Source of the DNA: Dehalococcoidia bacterium
Lineage (GTDB): Bacteria > Chloroflexota > Dehalococcoidia > DSTF01 > JACRBR01
DNA length: 64,000 nucleotides
Direction: 5' to 3'
Assembly: GCA_035650575.1 (NCBI GenBank)
Contig: DASRHM010000123.1
Span: 1,234-65,233 of the forward strand
The position numbers and the translations under genes are program-made. The notes beneath the pieces are model-generated. The model saw only the letters and a list, made by a program, of their open reading frames with translations. It made no database searches and was not told the origin of the DNA. Shown piece after piece: positions 55,138 to 64,000 of this stretch; the stretch's first letter is position 1; the number at the start of each line of letters is the position of its first letter.

Positions 55138-57198
55138 ATGAAAGAGTACAAGACCGAGCAGCTTCGCAATCTCGTCCTCCTCGGCCACGGCGGCACCGGC
55201 AAGACCTCGCTGGCGGAAGCGGCGGCGTTCGCGAGTGGCGCCATCAGCCGGCTCGGCCGCGTCGATGACGGGACGACGGTCTCGGACTTCGAGCCGGACG
55301 AGCAGAAGCGCAAGATCAGCCTCTCCCTCGCGCTCGTGCCGTGCGAGTGGGCAAACCACAAGATCAACCTCATCGACTGCCCCGGCTACGCGGACTTCGT
55401 CGCGGAGGTGCGCAGCGGCATTGCCGCCGCCGATCTCGGCGTGATCGTCGTGGACGCGGTATCCGGGCTGCAGGTGGGCACGGAGCAGGCATGGCAGAAC
55501 GCGGACCGGGCCCGGCTGCCCCGCGTCATCTTCATCAACCGGATGGACCGCGAGAACGCGAACTTCCAGCAGGCGCTCGACCAGCTCCAGGCGCGCTACG
55601 GGAAGAAGGTCGCCCCGCTGCAACTGCCGATCGGCGCCCAGGACAGCTTCTCCGGGGTGGTGGACCTGCTCCAGAACAAGGCGTACGCCGGCGAGAAGGG
55701 CGCGGCGGCCGAGGTGCCGGGCGACATGCAGGCTGCCGTCGCGGCGGCCCGCGAGCAGCTCATCGAGGCGGTCTGCGAGGCGGACGACGACGTCATGGCG
55801 CGCTACCTCGAGGGCGAGGAGCTCTCCGCCGACGAGCTGACCGGCGCCCTGCGGAAGGGCATCGCCGCCGGCGTCACCTACCCGGTGTTCGTCGGCTCGG
55901 CGGCGAAGAACATCGGCGTCACGGCGTTCCTCGACGCCATCGTCGCCGACGGGCCCTCGCCGGCCGATGTGGCGCCGCGCATCGCCCGCGCCGACGGCGG
56001 CGAAGAACCGCTGAAGGCCGACCCTGCCGGCCCGCTGGCCGCGCTCGTCTTCAAGACGTCGGCGGATCCTTTCGTGGGCAAGCTGACGTATTTGCGGGTT
56101 GTGTCCGGCACGCTCAAGGCCGACTCCCACGTCTGGAACGCCAACCACAACGTCGATGAGCGCATCGGACAGATCATCATCCTGCGCGGGAAGACGCAGG
56201 ACCACGTGACCGCCCTCGCGGCCGGGGACATCGGCGCCGTCGCGAAGCTCGCGCACACGGTCACGGGGGACACGCTGTGCCAGAAGGACCGTGCGGTGAC
56301 GCTCCCGGGGATCGAGTTCCCGCGCCCGCCGTACAACGTCGCCGTCACGCCGAAGGGGAAGGCCGATATCGACAAGCTCGGCCCGGCGCTCCAGCGCATC
56401 GCCGAGGAGGACCCGTCGCTCGTCGTGCGCCGCGATGAGACGACGGGCGAGACGATCATCTCGGGCATGGGCGATGCGCACGTCGAAGTGGCGGCGGAGC
56501 GGATGAAGCGCAAGTTCGGCGTGGACGTCGACTTGCACGCGCCGAAGGTGCCGTACCGCGAGACCGTGACATCGAGCGTGGACTCCGAGTACATCCACAA
56601 GAAGCAGACCGGCGGCCACGGCCAGTACGCGCGCGTCAACATCAAGGTCGAGCCGAACAAGGGTGGCGGGTTCGAATTCGTCGACAAGGTGGTCGGCGGC
56701 GCCGTGCCGCGCAACTACATCCCCGCCGTCGAGAAGGGTGTGCAGGAGGCGCTGCACGAGGGCGCGCTGGCGCACTTCCCGATGGTCGACATCCGCGTGA
56801 CGCTGTTCGACGGCAAGGACCATCCGGTGGACTCGTCGGAGATGGCGTTCAAGATCGCCGGCTCGCAGGCCCTCAAGCAGGGCGCGCTCAAGGCGAACCC
56901 GGTGCTCCTCGAGCCGATCGTATCGATGAAGATCCGCGTGCCGGAGTCGAACACCGGCGACGTCATGAGCGACCTCAACGGCAAGCGTGCGAAAGTGCAC
57001 GGCATGACGCCCGAGGACGGCGGCATGACCGTGATCGATGCCGAGGCGCCGCTCGCCGAGGTGTTGCGCTATGCCACCGACCTGCGCTCAATCACCCAGG
57101 GCCGCGGCAGCTTCGAGATGGAGTTCGACCACTACGAAGAGGTGCCACAGCACCTCGCGCAGAAGGTGATCGCCGAGGCGCAAAAGAACCATGAATAG
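55138..57198 (+). CDS. Elongation factor G paralog (EF-G2-like translational GTPase)
   Basis: G1 GHGGTGKTS (His-containing variant), G3 DCPGYADF, G4 NRMD, and domains II-V (GGHGQYARV..., LLEPIVSMKIRVPE). Confidence 0.88.
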   Translation: MKEYKTEQLRNLVLLGHGGTGKTSLAEAAAFASGAISRLGRVDDGTTVSDFEPDEQKRKISLSLALVPCEWANHKINLIDCPGYADFVAEVRSGIAAADLGVIVVDAVSGLQVGTEQAWQNADRARLPRVIFINRMDRENANFQQALDQLQARYGKKVAPLQLPIGAQDSFSGVVDLLQNKAYAGEKGAAAEVPGDMQAAVAAAREQLIEAVCEADDDVMARYLEGEELSADELTGALRKGIAAGVTYPVFVGSAAKNIGVTAFLDAIVADGPSPADVAPRIARADGGEEPLKADPAGPLAALVFKTSADPFVGKLTYLRVVSGTLKADSHVWNANHNVDERIGQIIILRGKTQDHVTALAAGDIGAVAKLAHTVTGDTLCQKDRAVTLPGIEFPRPPYNVAVTPKGKADIDKLGPALQRIAEEDPSLVVRRDETTGETIISGMGDAHVEVAAERMKRKFGVDVDLHAPKVPYRETVTSSVDSEYIHKKQTGGHGQYARVNIKVEPNKGGGFEFVDKVVGGAVPRNYIPAVEKGVQEALHEGALAHFPMVDIRVTLFDGKDHPVDSSEMAFKIAGSQALKQGALKANPVLLEPIVSMKIRVPESNTGDVMSDLNGKRAKVHGMTPEDGGMTVIDAEAPLAEVLRYATDLRSITQGRGSFEMEFDHYEEVPQHLAQKVIAEAQKNHE

Positions 57199-57594
57199 TC
57201 AGGCGGGCACGATCCGGAACACCGGGTAGCGCGCGGCGACCATCGCGAACTCGCCCACCGGCGCATCGGGCCGCACGGGAATGTGCGGCCGCCCGCCGAT
57301 CGCCCGGCGAACGAACCGCTTGATCACCGGCGCCCGCTCGTCCACGGGCAGCAACTCGAGCCGGACGCGTACGCGCGCGCCGTGGTGCAGGACTGCCGCG
57401 CCCCCCGCCGCGCGCACGTTGCGCACCCACTCCGAGCGGTCGCCGAGCATCGACACGAGATAGCGTTCGCCATCGAGCGTGACGGGGACGACGGCGGTCG
57501 CCGTGAACTTGCCGGTCCTGCGGCCGGGCACCTCGAGCGTCGTCTGCAGCGGCACGAACGGCAGACGGGAGACCGCGGCCATGCCGTGGTTCAC
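57199..57594 (-). CDS. Deazaflavin (F420)-dependent nitroreductase family protein (DUF385, PNPOx-like split barrel)
   Basis: VPLQTTLEVPGRRTGKF...DGERYLVSMLGDRSEWVRNVRAAGGA matches the Ddn-like family. The frame stays open about 240 nt upstream with homologous-looking N-terminal sequence (NRVFYRDRRP) but no canonical start. Confidence 0.75.
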   Translation of the reverse strand: MNHGMAAVSRLPFVPLQTTLEVPGRRTGKFTATAVVPVTLDGERYLVSMLGDRSEWVRNVRAAGGAAVLHHGARVRVRLELLPVDERAPVIKRFVRRAIGGRPHIPVRPDAPVGEFAMVAARYPVFRIVPA

Positions 57595-57840
57595 GAGACG
57601 GCCGAGGCGCGTCGGCCGCCGGTCGCGGTAGAAGACGCGGTTCGGGATGCGCGTCGAGCCGTAGGCGAGCGCGGCGAGCGCGGCCGCAGTGAAGGCGATA
57701 CGGCGCAGGGGCCCATGCGCGGATGCTCGCGCGCCGGGCCGCGCCGCGCGAGTGCCGTCCGGCAGGGCCGAAGGATGCCAGACGAGAGGAGGGAGCGGCC
57801 CAGTTGCCGCTCCCTCGCCGCTTCTTCTGAGTGCGGGTGG

Positions 57841-58140
57841 CTACTGCTCCATCGCGAGGCCGGCGATCTTCCACTGGCCGCCGACGTCCCGCCACGTCGC
57901 GACGGCGGTGAAGTCCTGGTCGCCGGAGAATTTGATCTTGAACACGTGGTCGTCGCCCTGGACCTCGTGGCTCTGGATGTCGAACGACTTGAGCTGGGGC
58001 ATCGCGCCCATGTTGCCACCGCCCGACATCACCTGCGCCATCGCTTCTGGCGTCAGGTCGTTCATCACGCGCATCAGGTCGCCAATGAGCAGCGCCTGGC
58101 AGTTCTGCTTTACCGCTTCTTCGACATCGATGTCCGGCAT
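57841..58140 (-). CDS. Small hypothetical protein (99 aa)
   Basis: Strong SD AAGGAG 5 nt upstream of the ATG. Lower GC and a distinct codon pattern. No recognised motif. Confidence 0.55.
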   Translation of the reverse strand: MPDIDVEEAVKQNCQALLIGDLMRVMNDLTPEAMAQVMSGGGNMGAMPQLKSFDIQSHEVQGDDHVFKIKFSGDQDFTAVATWRDVGGQWKIAGLAMEQ

Positions 58141-58318
58141 GGATGCTCCTTGCTGTTCGGCCGTAACCGTTGTTGCGGGCGGTGCGGCGCGAAGGGAGCG
58201 CGCGCTCAGCCGGCGCGATCATAGGAGCAGGTCCGAGGCTATGTCAACGAACTTCGGCCCGCGCCCGGGTTGCCGCTTCGCTTGACATGCGCGATCAGCC
58301 GCCGATACGCTCGGCGCA

Positions 58319-59737
58319 GTGTCAACCGGCGCCCCTCCCTCGAACGCACGTCCCTCCCACAGTTCGCGTGTCCTCATCGGCCTGGCGATCCTCGTCTTCG
58401 CCGCGGTATCCGCCTACCTCGCGCTCGTTATCGTCACCCACATCGACAGCATCTTCTTCCCCGGGAACGACATCACCCTTCCCGGGGGCACCACGGTGAC
58501 GAAGATCCTGCCGGGCGTGGATGCCTCCGGTGAGAGCGGCTCGAAGGACCGGATCAACATCCTGGTGATGGGGCTCGACCGGCGCCCGCGCGAGGGCCAG
58601 GCGCCGACGCGGACGGACACGCTGTTCGTCGTCACCGTCGACCCGAAGACGCACTCCTCGAGCATCCTCGGCATCCCGCGCGACCTCCTCGTGGACATTC
58701 CGCGGAAGGACTCCGGCACCTACACGGACCGCGTGAACACGGTCTACGTCGAGGGCGAGCTGGCGGACTATCCGCAGGGCGGCGTCGGGCTGCTCAAGGA
58801 CGTGCTCGGCGCGCCGCCGTTCGACATCAAGATCGACCACTACGTGATCATCGACTTCAGCGGCTTCGAAAGCTTGATCGACGCGCTCGGCGGCATCGAC
58901 GTGGACGTCCCGGACGAGGTGTACGACCCCTACTACTCGGAGACCGAGCTGCCGGGTGACTACGACCCGCAGCACTTCTACCCGGGACGCCAGCACATGG
59001 ACGGCCAGACCGCGCTCGCCTACTCGCGCATCCGCTTCAGCAGCGATGACCTCGACCGCATTCAGCGCCAGCAGCTCGTGATCTTCGCGGCGATCGACAA
59101 GGCGAAGTCGCTCAACGTGCTGAGCAACGCCACGAGTCTCTGGGACAAATACAAGGACGCGATCCACACGGACATCAGCGATGCGCAGATCGCCGGCTAC
59201 GCGTTGCTCGCGAACCAGGTGAAAGACAACCTGCAGGCCGTCTCGCTCGCCAGCGCCACCGTGCCCTGCACGACCGCCGGCGGCGCCGCCGTGCTCTGCG
59301 GCAGCGATGAGCGCATCTCCGAGATCGTGAAGGCGGTGTTCGAGGACAAGCCCGACCCCAGCGCCGCGCCGCTCGCGCCGACGCCGCAGCCGGTCTCGGT
59401 GCAGATCCAGAACGGGACGGGCACCGACAGCCTGGCGAGCCGCGTCGCCGCGTACGTCGCATCGCGCGGATACCCGGTGGACGACCTGAACGCGACGAAC
59501 GTGTTCGATGGCCAGATGCACGAGACGTCCGAGATCCTCGACGTCGGCGGCTCGCACCGGCAGGCGGCGTACCTGCTCGCGAACTGGCTCGGCATCCCGG
59601 TCACGCGCGTGCGCAACGCGACCGCGGCGGAAACGGCGGCGCTAACGGGCGACCCGGCCCTCGTCGTCATCCTCGGGCAGGACGTGGACTTCGTCAGCCT
59701 GATCCAGTCGCCGACGACGACGACGCCCGGCGGCTGA
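58319..59737 (+). CDS. LytR-CpsA-Psr (LCP) family cell-envelope phosphotransferase with C-terminal LytR_C domain
   Basis: N-terminal TM anchor, LCP catalytic-domain motifs (INILVMGLDRR...RTDTLFVV...GIPRDL...DHYVIIDFSGF), and a C-terminal LytR_C-like region. Confidence 0.88.
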   Translation: MSTGAPPSNARPSHSSRVLIGLAILVFAAVSAYLALVIVTHIDSIFFPGNDITLPGGTTVTKILPGVDASGESGSKDRINILVMGLDRRPREGQAPTRTDTLFVVTVDPKTHSSSILGIPRDLLVDIPRKDSGTYTDRVNTVYVEGELADYPQGGVGLLKDVLGAPPFDIKIDHYVIIDFSGFESLIDALGGIDVDVPDEVYDPYYSETELPGDYDPQHFYPGRQHMDGQTALAYSRIRFSSDDLDRIQRQQLVIFAAIDKAKSLNVLSNATSLWDKYKDAIHTDISDAQIAGYALLANQVKDNLQAVSLASATVPCTTAGGAAVLCGSDERISEIVKAVFEDKPDPSAAPLAPTPQPVSVQIQNGTGTDSLASRVAAYVASRGYPVDDLNATNVFDGQMHETSEILDVGGSHRQAAYLLANWLGIPVTRVRNATAAETAALTGDPALVVILGQDVDFVSLIQSPTTTTPGG

Positions 59738-60811
59738 TCAGCGCTGCTTCGCCATCCGCTCCTTGATGCGCGTCAGCGCCGGCGTCGCCGATGGGTGCAC
59801 GTCGTTCAGCAGCCCCAGGTAGTAGCTCACGTAGTCGCCGAAGTGCACCGCCCAGAGCACCTGTCCGAGCAGGTGCCGCCCCGGGACGTCGAGGACCTCC
59901 GCCGAGACTCCCTCGGAGGCGAGCTCGGCGGTCGTCGCTTCGATGCGCGCGCGGACGCGACGGTGGATCGCCTGATGGCGGAGGAACACGGCGTGCAGCA
60001 GCGGCACGACTCGTCGCGGCAGGCCGTAGCCCGCCTGCGCGTTGTGGTTCATTTCGGGCAGTTCGTCCCAGATCGCCCACGAGTTCGCGTTCTCGTTGAC
60101 CTGCGTGCGCCAGCGATAGGCGACCGGCGCCAGTGCGCCCGCGCCGACGAAGACCGGCAGGTGCCCGGCGAGCCGCCGCGCGAGGCGCTTCGCGGGGTTC
60201 GCCTGCTCATCAACGTGGCGCGCGATCTCGCCGCCGAGGGTGCGCAACTCGCCTGCCGCGTCGCTCAACGGCCCCGCGAGGTCCGGCAACAGCCCTGTCT
60301 TCGAACAGATCGCGAGCGGCGCGATGAAGCTCCAGCCGAGCGCGGCGCGGGGTTCGCCGCCCCATTCGAAGAGAAGCGACGGCACGCCGCGCTCGCGCGC
60401 GATCTGCGCCAGCCGTCCGCCGGTCGCGATGGCGATGCACCGGGCGCCGCGCTTGAGGGCGCGCTCGAAGGCGGCGACGGTCTCCTCCGTATTGCCGCTG
60501 TTGGACGATGCCAGGACGAGGGTGCGTTCGTCGACATAAGCAGGGAGGGTGTACGAGCGGACGGTGAAGACCGGGGCCGTCGCGCCGAGGTCGACACCGA
60601 GCGCCTGCAACAGCGACCCGCCGATCCCGGAGCCGCCCATGCCGAGCACGGCGATGTTCTCGACGCGGCGATATGAGGCGGGCAACTCGAGCCGCTGGCC
60701 GGCCTCCCATGCGTCCTCGACCTGCCCGGGGAGCGCCTCGATTCGGGAGACCAGGTCTTCCGGGTCGAGGCGCGCGTAGGTCGCGGGGTCGTCGAGGGGG
60801 GAACCGGACAT
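59738..60811 (-). CDS. Bifunctional phosphoglucose/phosphomannose isomerase (SIS-domain PGI/PMI)
   Basis: SIS motifs (IAVLGMGGSGIGGSL, LVLASSNSGNTEET), about 358 aa from the internal ATG (MSGSPLDDPATY). The first 62 codons of the ORF were discarded. Confidence 0.8.
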   Translation of the reverse strand: MSGSPLDDPATYARLDPEDLVSRIEALPGQVEDAWEAGQRLELPASYRRVENIAVLGMGGSGIGGSLLQALGVDLGATAPVFTVRSYTLPAYVDERTLVLASSNSGNTEETVAAFERALKRGARCIAIATGGRLAQIARERGVPSLLFEWGGEPRAALGWSFIAPLAICSKTGLLPDLAGPLSDAAGELRTLGGEIARHVDEQANPAKRLARRLAGHLPVFVGAGALAPVAYRWRTQVNENANSWAIWDELPEMNHNAQAGYGLPRRVVPLLHAVFLRHQAIHRRVRARIEATTAELASEGVSAEVLDVPGRHLLGQVLWAVHFGDYVSYYLGLLNDVHPSATPALTRIKERMAKQR

Positions 60812-60893
60812 GGCGTCGGTATAGGCGATGCGCGCGCCGAAGGCCAACCGCGCGTTTCTGGACACCCGCACGCCGAGCGCAGAGAATTCGCAC

Positions 60894-62105
60894 ATGCGCC
60901 GTCCGCTCGCCGGCATCCGCGTCCTCGACCTGAGCATCTGGCAGCAGGGCACGTACGCGACGGCGCTGCTCGCGGACCTCGGCGCCGACGTCATCAAGGT
61001 CGAGGAGCCGGTCTCCGGCGACCCCGGCCGCTATTTCGACGTCGTCCGCGGCCTCGGGCTGAGCGCGTATTTCGAGGCGCACAACCGCGGCAAACGCTCG
61101 CTCGCCGTCGACCTGAAGGACCAGCGCGGCCGTGACGTACTGCTCGCGGTCGCGAAGCATGCCGATGTGTTCCTGACGAACTTCCGCGCCGGCGCCGTCG
61201 CCCGCATGGGCCTGACCTACGAGGCGCTGTCCGCCGCGAACCCCGGCATCGTCTACGTGCAGGCGTCGGGGCACGGCAACTACGGCGACGAGGCGGACCT
61301 CGGGTCGTTCGACATCCTGGCGCAGGCACGAGGCGGCCTCATGAGCATGACCGGCGAGCCGGACGACCCGCCGCTGCCAGCCGGGATACCGATCGCGGAC
61401 CAGGTCGGCGCGCTGCACGCAACGATCGCCGTCCTCGCGGGGCTCGCCGGGCGGAATGCGGATGGCCGCGGCGTGCGCATCGATACGTCGCTACTCGGGA
61501 GCCAGCTCTCGCTGCAGGCGTTCAACATCACGAAGCACCTGTTCTCCGGGGAGCTCGCGTCCCGCCGGCCACGGGGCGGCACCACGCCGTTCTGGCGCGT
61601 GTACCGCGCGGGCGATAGCCGCTGGTTCGTCATCGGCATGCTGCTCGACCGCGCCTGGCCGCAGGTGGCGCATGCGATCGGCCGTCCGGACCTCGCGGCG
61701 GACGAGCGGTTCGCCACGTACCGCAAGCGGACGGTCGAGCACGGGGCCGAGCTGATCGCGGAGCTGGACGCCGTCTTCGCGACGGCGCCCGCGGCCGAGT
61801 GGATCGCGCGCCTGAACGAGGCCGGCATGTTCGCCGCGCCCGTGCAGGACTACGCGGACGTCGCGTCCGACCCGCAGGTCATCGCCAACGGCTACATCCA
61901 GGACGTGCCGCACCCCGGGGGCGCGCCGGTGCGCCTGGTGGGGAGCGGCCTCGCGCTCGATGGCGAGCCGCTGCGCATCGAGCGGCTGGCGCCGCAGCAC
62001 GGGGAGCACACGGAGGCGGTGCTGCTCGAAGCGGGCTTCACCTGGGATGAGATCGTGCGCCTGCGCGAGGACGGCGTCGTCGGCCCCCGCCGGGCGGGCG
62101 AGTGA
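60894..62105 (+). CDS. CoA-transferase family III (CaiB/BaiF/Frc-type) protein
   Basis: N-terminal LAGIRVLDLS...ATALLADLGADVIKVE and a catalytic Asp region. Start at the internal ATG (MRRPLAG). Confidence 0.85.
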   Translation: MRRPLAGIRVLDLSIWQQGTYATALLADLGADVIKVEEPVSGDPGRYFDVVRGLGLSAYFEAHNRGKRSLAVDLKDQRGRDVLLAVAKHADVFLTNFRAGAVARMGLTYEALSAANPGIVYVQASGHGNYGDEADLGSFDILAQARGGLMSMTGEPDDPPLPAGIPIADQVGALHATIAVLAGLAGRNADGRGVRIDTSLLGSQLSLQAFNITKHLFSGELASRRPRGGTTPFWRVYRAGDSRWFVIGMLLDRAWPQVAHAIGRPDLAADERFATYRKRTVEHGAELIAELDAVFATAPAAEWIARLNEAGMFAAPVQDYADVASDPQVIANGYIQDVPHPGGAPVRLVGSGLALDGEPLRIERLAPQHGEHTEAVLLEAGFTWDEIVRLREDGVVGPRRAGE

Positions 62106-62118
62106 GGGCGGAGGCGCC

Positions 62119-63039
62119 ATGCCGCTGACGATGCCGAAGGTCTTCGCCCCTGTCCGCGGCAGCGACGAGGGGATCATCGACTGGTCGCGGGAGGTCGAGG
62201 CCGCCGGCATCGACGGCGTCTTCGTCGGCGACCACGTGACGTTCTACGGCTCCGGCAGCGACGCGCTGATTAAGCTCGCGCCGATCGCCGCGGCGACCAC
62301 GCGGCTCGAGTTGCAGACCTGCGTGTACCTGCTTGCGCTGCGCCACCCGACGCCGGTCGCGTTGCAGGCGGCGATGGTGGACCAACTGGCGCACGGGCGG
62401 CTGGTCCTCGGCGTCGGGATCGGAGGCGAGGACGCGAACGAGTGGTGGGCGTGCGGCGTCGACCCGCGGACGCGTGCGCGCCGCACCGACGAAGGCTTGC
62501 AGGTGCTGCGCAGCCTGTGGACGCAGGAAGAGACGACGTTCCACGGCAGGTACTTCGCCCTCGAACGCGTCCGCATGCGGCCGAAGCCGTACCGCGCCGG
62601 CGGCGTCACGCTCCAGGTCGGCGGGCGCAGCGACGCGGCCCTGCGCCGCACCGCGCGCTACGCCGACGGCTGGACGGGGATCTGGGTGAGCGTGCGCCGC
62701 TTCATCGAGGCAGGAGAGAAGATCGCCGAATTCGCCGGCGAGGCGGGGCGCGGCAACGACGTCTTCCCCCGCGGGATGCAGTTCTGGATGGGCGTCGACG
62801 ACGACCGGGACGCGGCGCGCGCCAAGGTCGCGGCGAGCATGGAGGCGTTCTATCGCTTGCCGTTCGAGCGCTTCGAGAAGTACACGCCGTATGGCACGGC
62901 GGAGGAAGTCGCGCAGTTCATGGCGCCCTACATCGAAGCGGGTTGCGCGCACGTGAACCTGGTGATCGCGGATGCGCCCGAAGCGGTGCTCGAGCGCACG
63001 CTCGCCGTCAGGGACGCGCTGCGCCGCGTCTGCGCCTAG
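62119..63039 (+). CDS. LLM-class F420-dependent (luciferase-like) oxidoreductase
   Basis: Luciferase-like TIM barrel with the characteristic C-terminal RLELQTCVYLLALRHP...LGVGIGG. GGGCGGAGG SD before ATG 62119. Confidence 0.82.
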   Translation: MPLTMPKVFAPVRGSDEGIIDWSREVEAAGIDGVFVGDHVTFYGSGSDALIKLAPIAAATTRLELQTCVYLLALRHPTPVALQAAMVDQLAHGRLVLGVGIGGEDANEWWACGVDPRTRARRTDEGLQVLRSLWTQEETTFHGRYFALERVRMRPKPYRAGGVTLQVGGRSDAALRRTARYADGWTGIWVSVRRFIEAGEKIAEFAGEAGRGNDVFPRGMQFWMGVDDDRDAARAKVAASMEAFYRLPFERFEKYTPYGTAEEVAQFMAPYIEAGCAHVNLVIADAPEAVLERTLAVRDALRRVCA

Positions 63040-63368
63040 GCCTCCACCACCGGCTTCTCTTCGGTCACGAACGAGGCCACCCTGGTGTGGTCGATGAAGT
63101 TCTTTTCGTCTTCGAGCGCCGCCTTCACTTCGGCGGAGCCCATCGCCGAGCGCATCGTCTCGAGGTCGTCGAACCAGAGCTCCGCGGCCCCATCGAACGC
63201 CGGCGCCGTCTGCCCGCCGTACAGCGCGGGGACGGTGTGGCATTGCACGTAGCGGCGCAGGCCGGGGATGCGGCCGGCGATCGGCCCGTGGGTCTCCCGC
63301 CAGTAGGTCTGGAACTCCTCGACGCTCAGCTCCGGCTTCTTCGAGATGCAATAAATCAGCTTCACCAT
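63036..63368 (-). CDS. EthD-family (dimeric alpha+beta barrel) protein
   Basis: MVKLIYCISKKPELSVEEFQTYWRETHGP... is typical of EthD/DUF1330-like proteins. Start at the internal ATG. Confidence 0.7.
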   Translation of the reverse strand: MVKLIYCISKKPELSVEEFQTYWRETHGPIAGRIPGLRRYVQCHTVPALYGGQTAPAFDGAAELWFDDLETMRSAMGSAEVKAALEDEKNFIDHTRVASFVTEEKPVVEA

Positions 63369-63412
63369 CGCGCGCCTCCATCGAGCCGATCGTGCGCATC
63401 CCGGGCGGAGAG

Positions 63413-64000
63413 TCAAGCGCGGCGCCTTCGCAGACTGCCGATGAGGCCGCTCGCGAGGGAGCGCACGCCGGCGGCTGTACGGAACGGCAGCGGCGGCCGC
63501 CGCCTGGCGAGCAGCACGACCGCGTACGGCGGCAGCGATATCAGGCCGGCGTCGAAGCGCACATGGTCCTCGCTGCCCCCGAAGCGGCGCTCCTCGCTCG
63601 AAATGAGCTTGCGCCAGCCGCCACGACGCAGGGCGCGCGGCACGCCGGCCGCCTCGGGCGTCGCGTCGATCCCGACGCCGCAGTTTGCCGCGATCAGGCG
63701 CTCGTCGCCGCCATGCCAGAGCCGCACGAGGAGGAGTCGCTCGCCGGCGGCCGTCACCTCCATGCGGGCGCGATCCTGGCGGCGCAGCACCGGGTCCTCG
63801 CGCCGCGCGCGCAGCAGCTCGCGGTAGAGCGCCCAGGTCTGGGCGCCGATGCCCTCGTCGCGCTCGCGCAGGTCGAGCTTCGAATCGAGGAAGGTCTGCT
63901 CCGCCTGCGGGTCGGGGATCTCGCGCTGGCCCTTCGGGTCGGCGAACGCCGCGAACGACGCGAACTCCTTGCGCCGGCCCTCGGTGACCTGCCTCCCGAG
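63413..64000 (-). CDS. GH13-family enzyme, C-terminal fragment (malto-oligosyltrehalose trehalohydrolase TreZ-like); 5' end outside the window
   Basis: The frame is open to the window edge. ...WALYRELLRARREDPVLRRQDRARMEVTAAGERLLLVRLWHGGDERLIAANCGVGIDA... resembles the TreZ/GlgX C-terminal beta-sandwich. Confidence 0.6.
   Translation of the reverse strand, partial: LGRQVTEGRRKEFASFAAFADPKGQREIPDPQAEQTFLDSKLDLRERDEGIGAQTWALYRELLRARREDPVLRRQDRARMEVTAAGERLLLVRLWHGGDERLIAANCGVGIDATPEAAGVPRALRRGGWRKLISSEERRFGGSEDHVRFDAGLISLPPYAVVLLARRRPPLPFRTAAGVRSLASGLIGSLRRRRA

Noticed and set aside
1-64000. CRISPR arrays, transposases, integrases, phage genes
   Set aside because: Looked for repeat-spacer periodicity and for DDE or tyrosine-recombinase motifs in all strong ORFs. 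None found.

Overview
High-GC (roughly 70% or more by eye) bacterial chromosomal window, densely coding on both strands. It holds about 60 protein genes, two tRNAs (Leu-UAA and Phe-GAA), two likely pseudogenes and several strong palindromic hairpins. The content is mostly housekeeping or metabolic: mfd, gatB, folD, acpS, pth, rarA, a cysteine desulfurase, nnr, two thiolases, an EF-G paralog, a CoxS/CoxL-type molybdoenzyme with MocA and XdhC, an Hsp20-HtpX heat-shock pair, and F420-linked enzymes (an LLM oxidoreductase and a DUF385 nitroreductase). Together with Tat, PT-linker and LCP proteins this suggests an actinobacterial or Chloroflexi-like lineage. No transposase, integrase or CRISPR array is visible. 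The main candidates for something undescribed are a tightly overlapping five-gene tldD-PAP2-pmbA operon, a secreted protein built from an internally duplicated unclassified domain, and a PHP phosphoesterase gene that lacks a canonical start codon in front of its catalytic motif. Smaller oddities include a tandem double winged-helix regulator, an ECF-sigma module driving a membrane-anchored cupredoxin, and a decayed histidine kinase next to tRNA-Phe. Most of the very long Arg/Ala/Pro-rich ORFs in the six-frame track are antisense or GC-driven artefacts and are not reported as genes. Coordinates come from the ORF track frames. In a few places my local reading of the printed bases disagreed with the track by one nucleotide, so start positions should be treated as accurate to about 3 nt.
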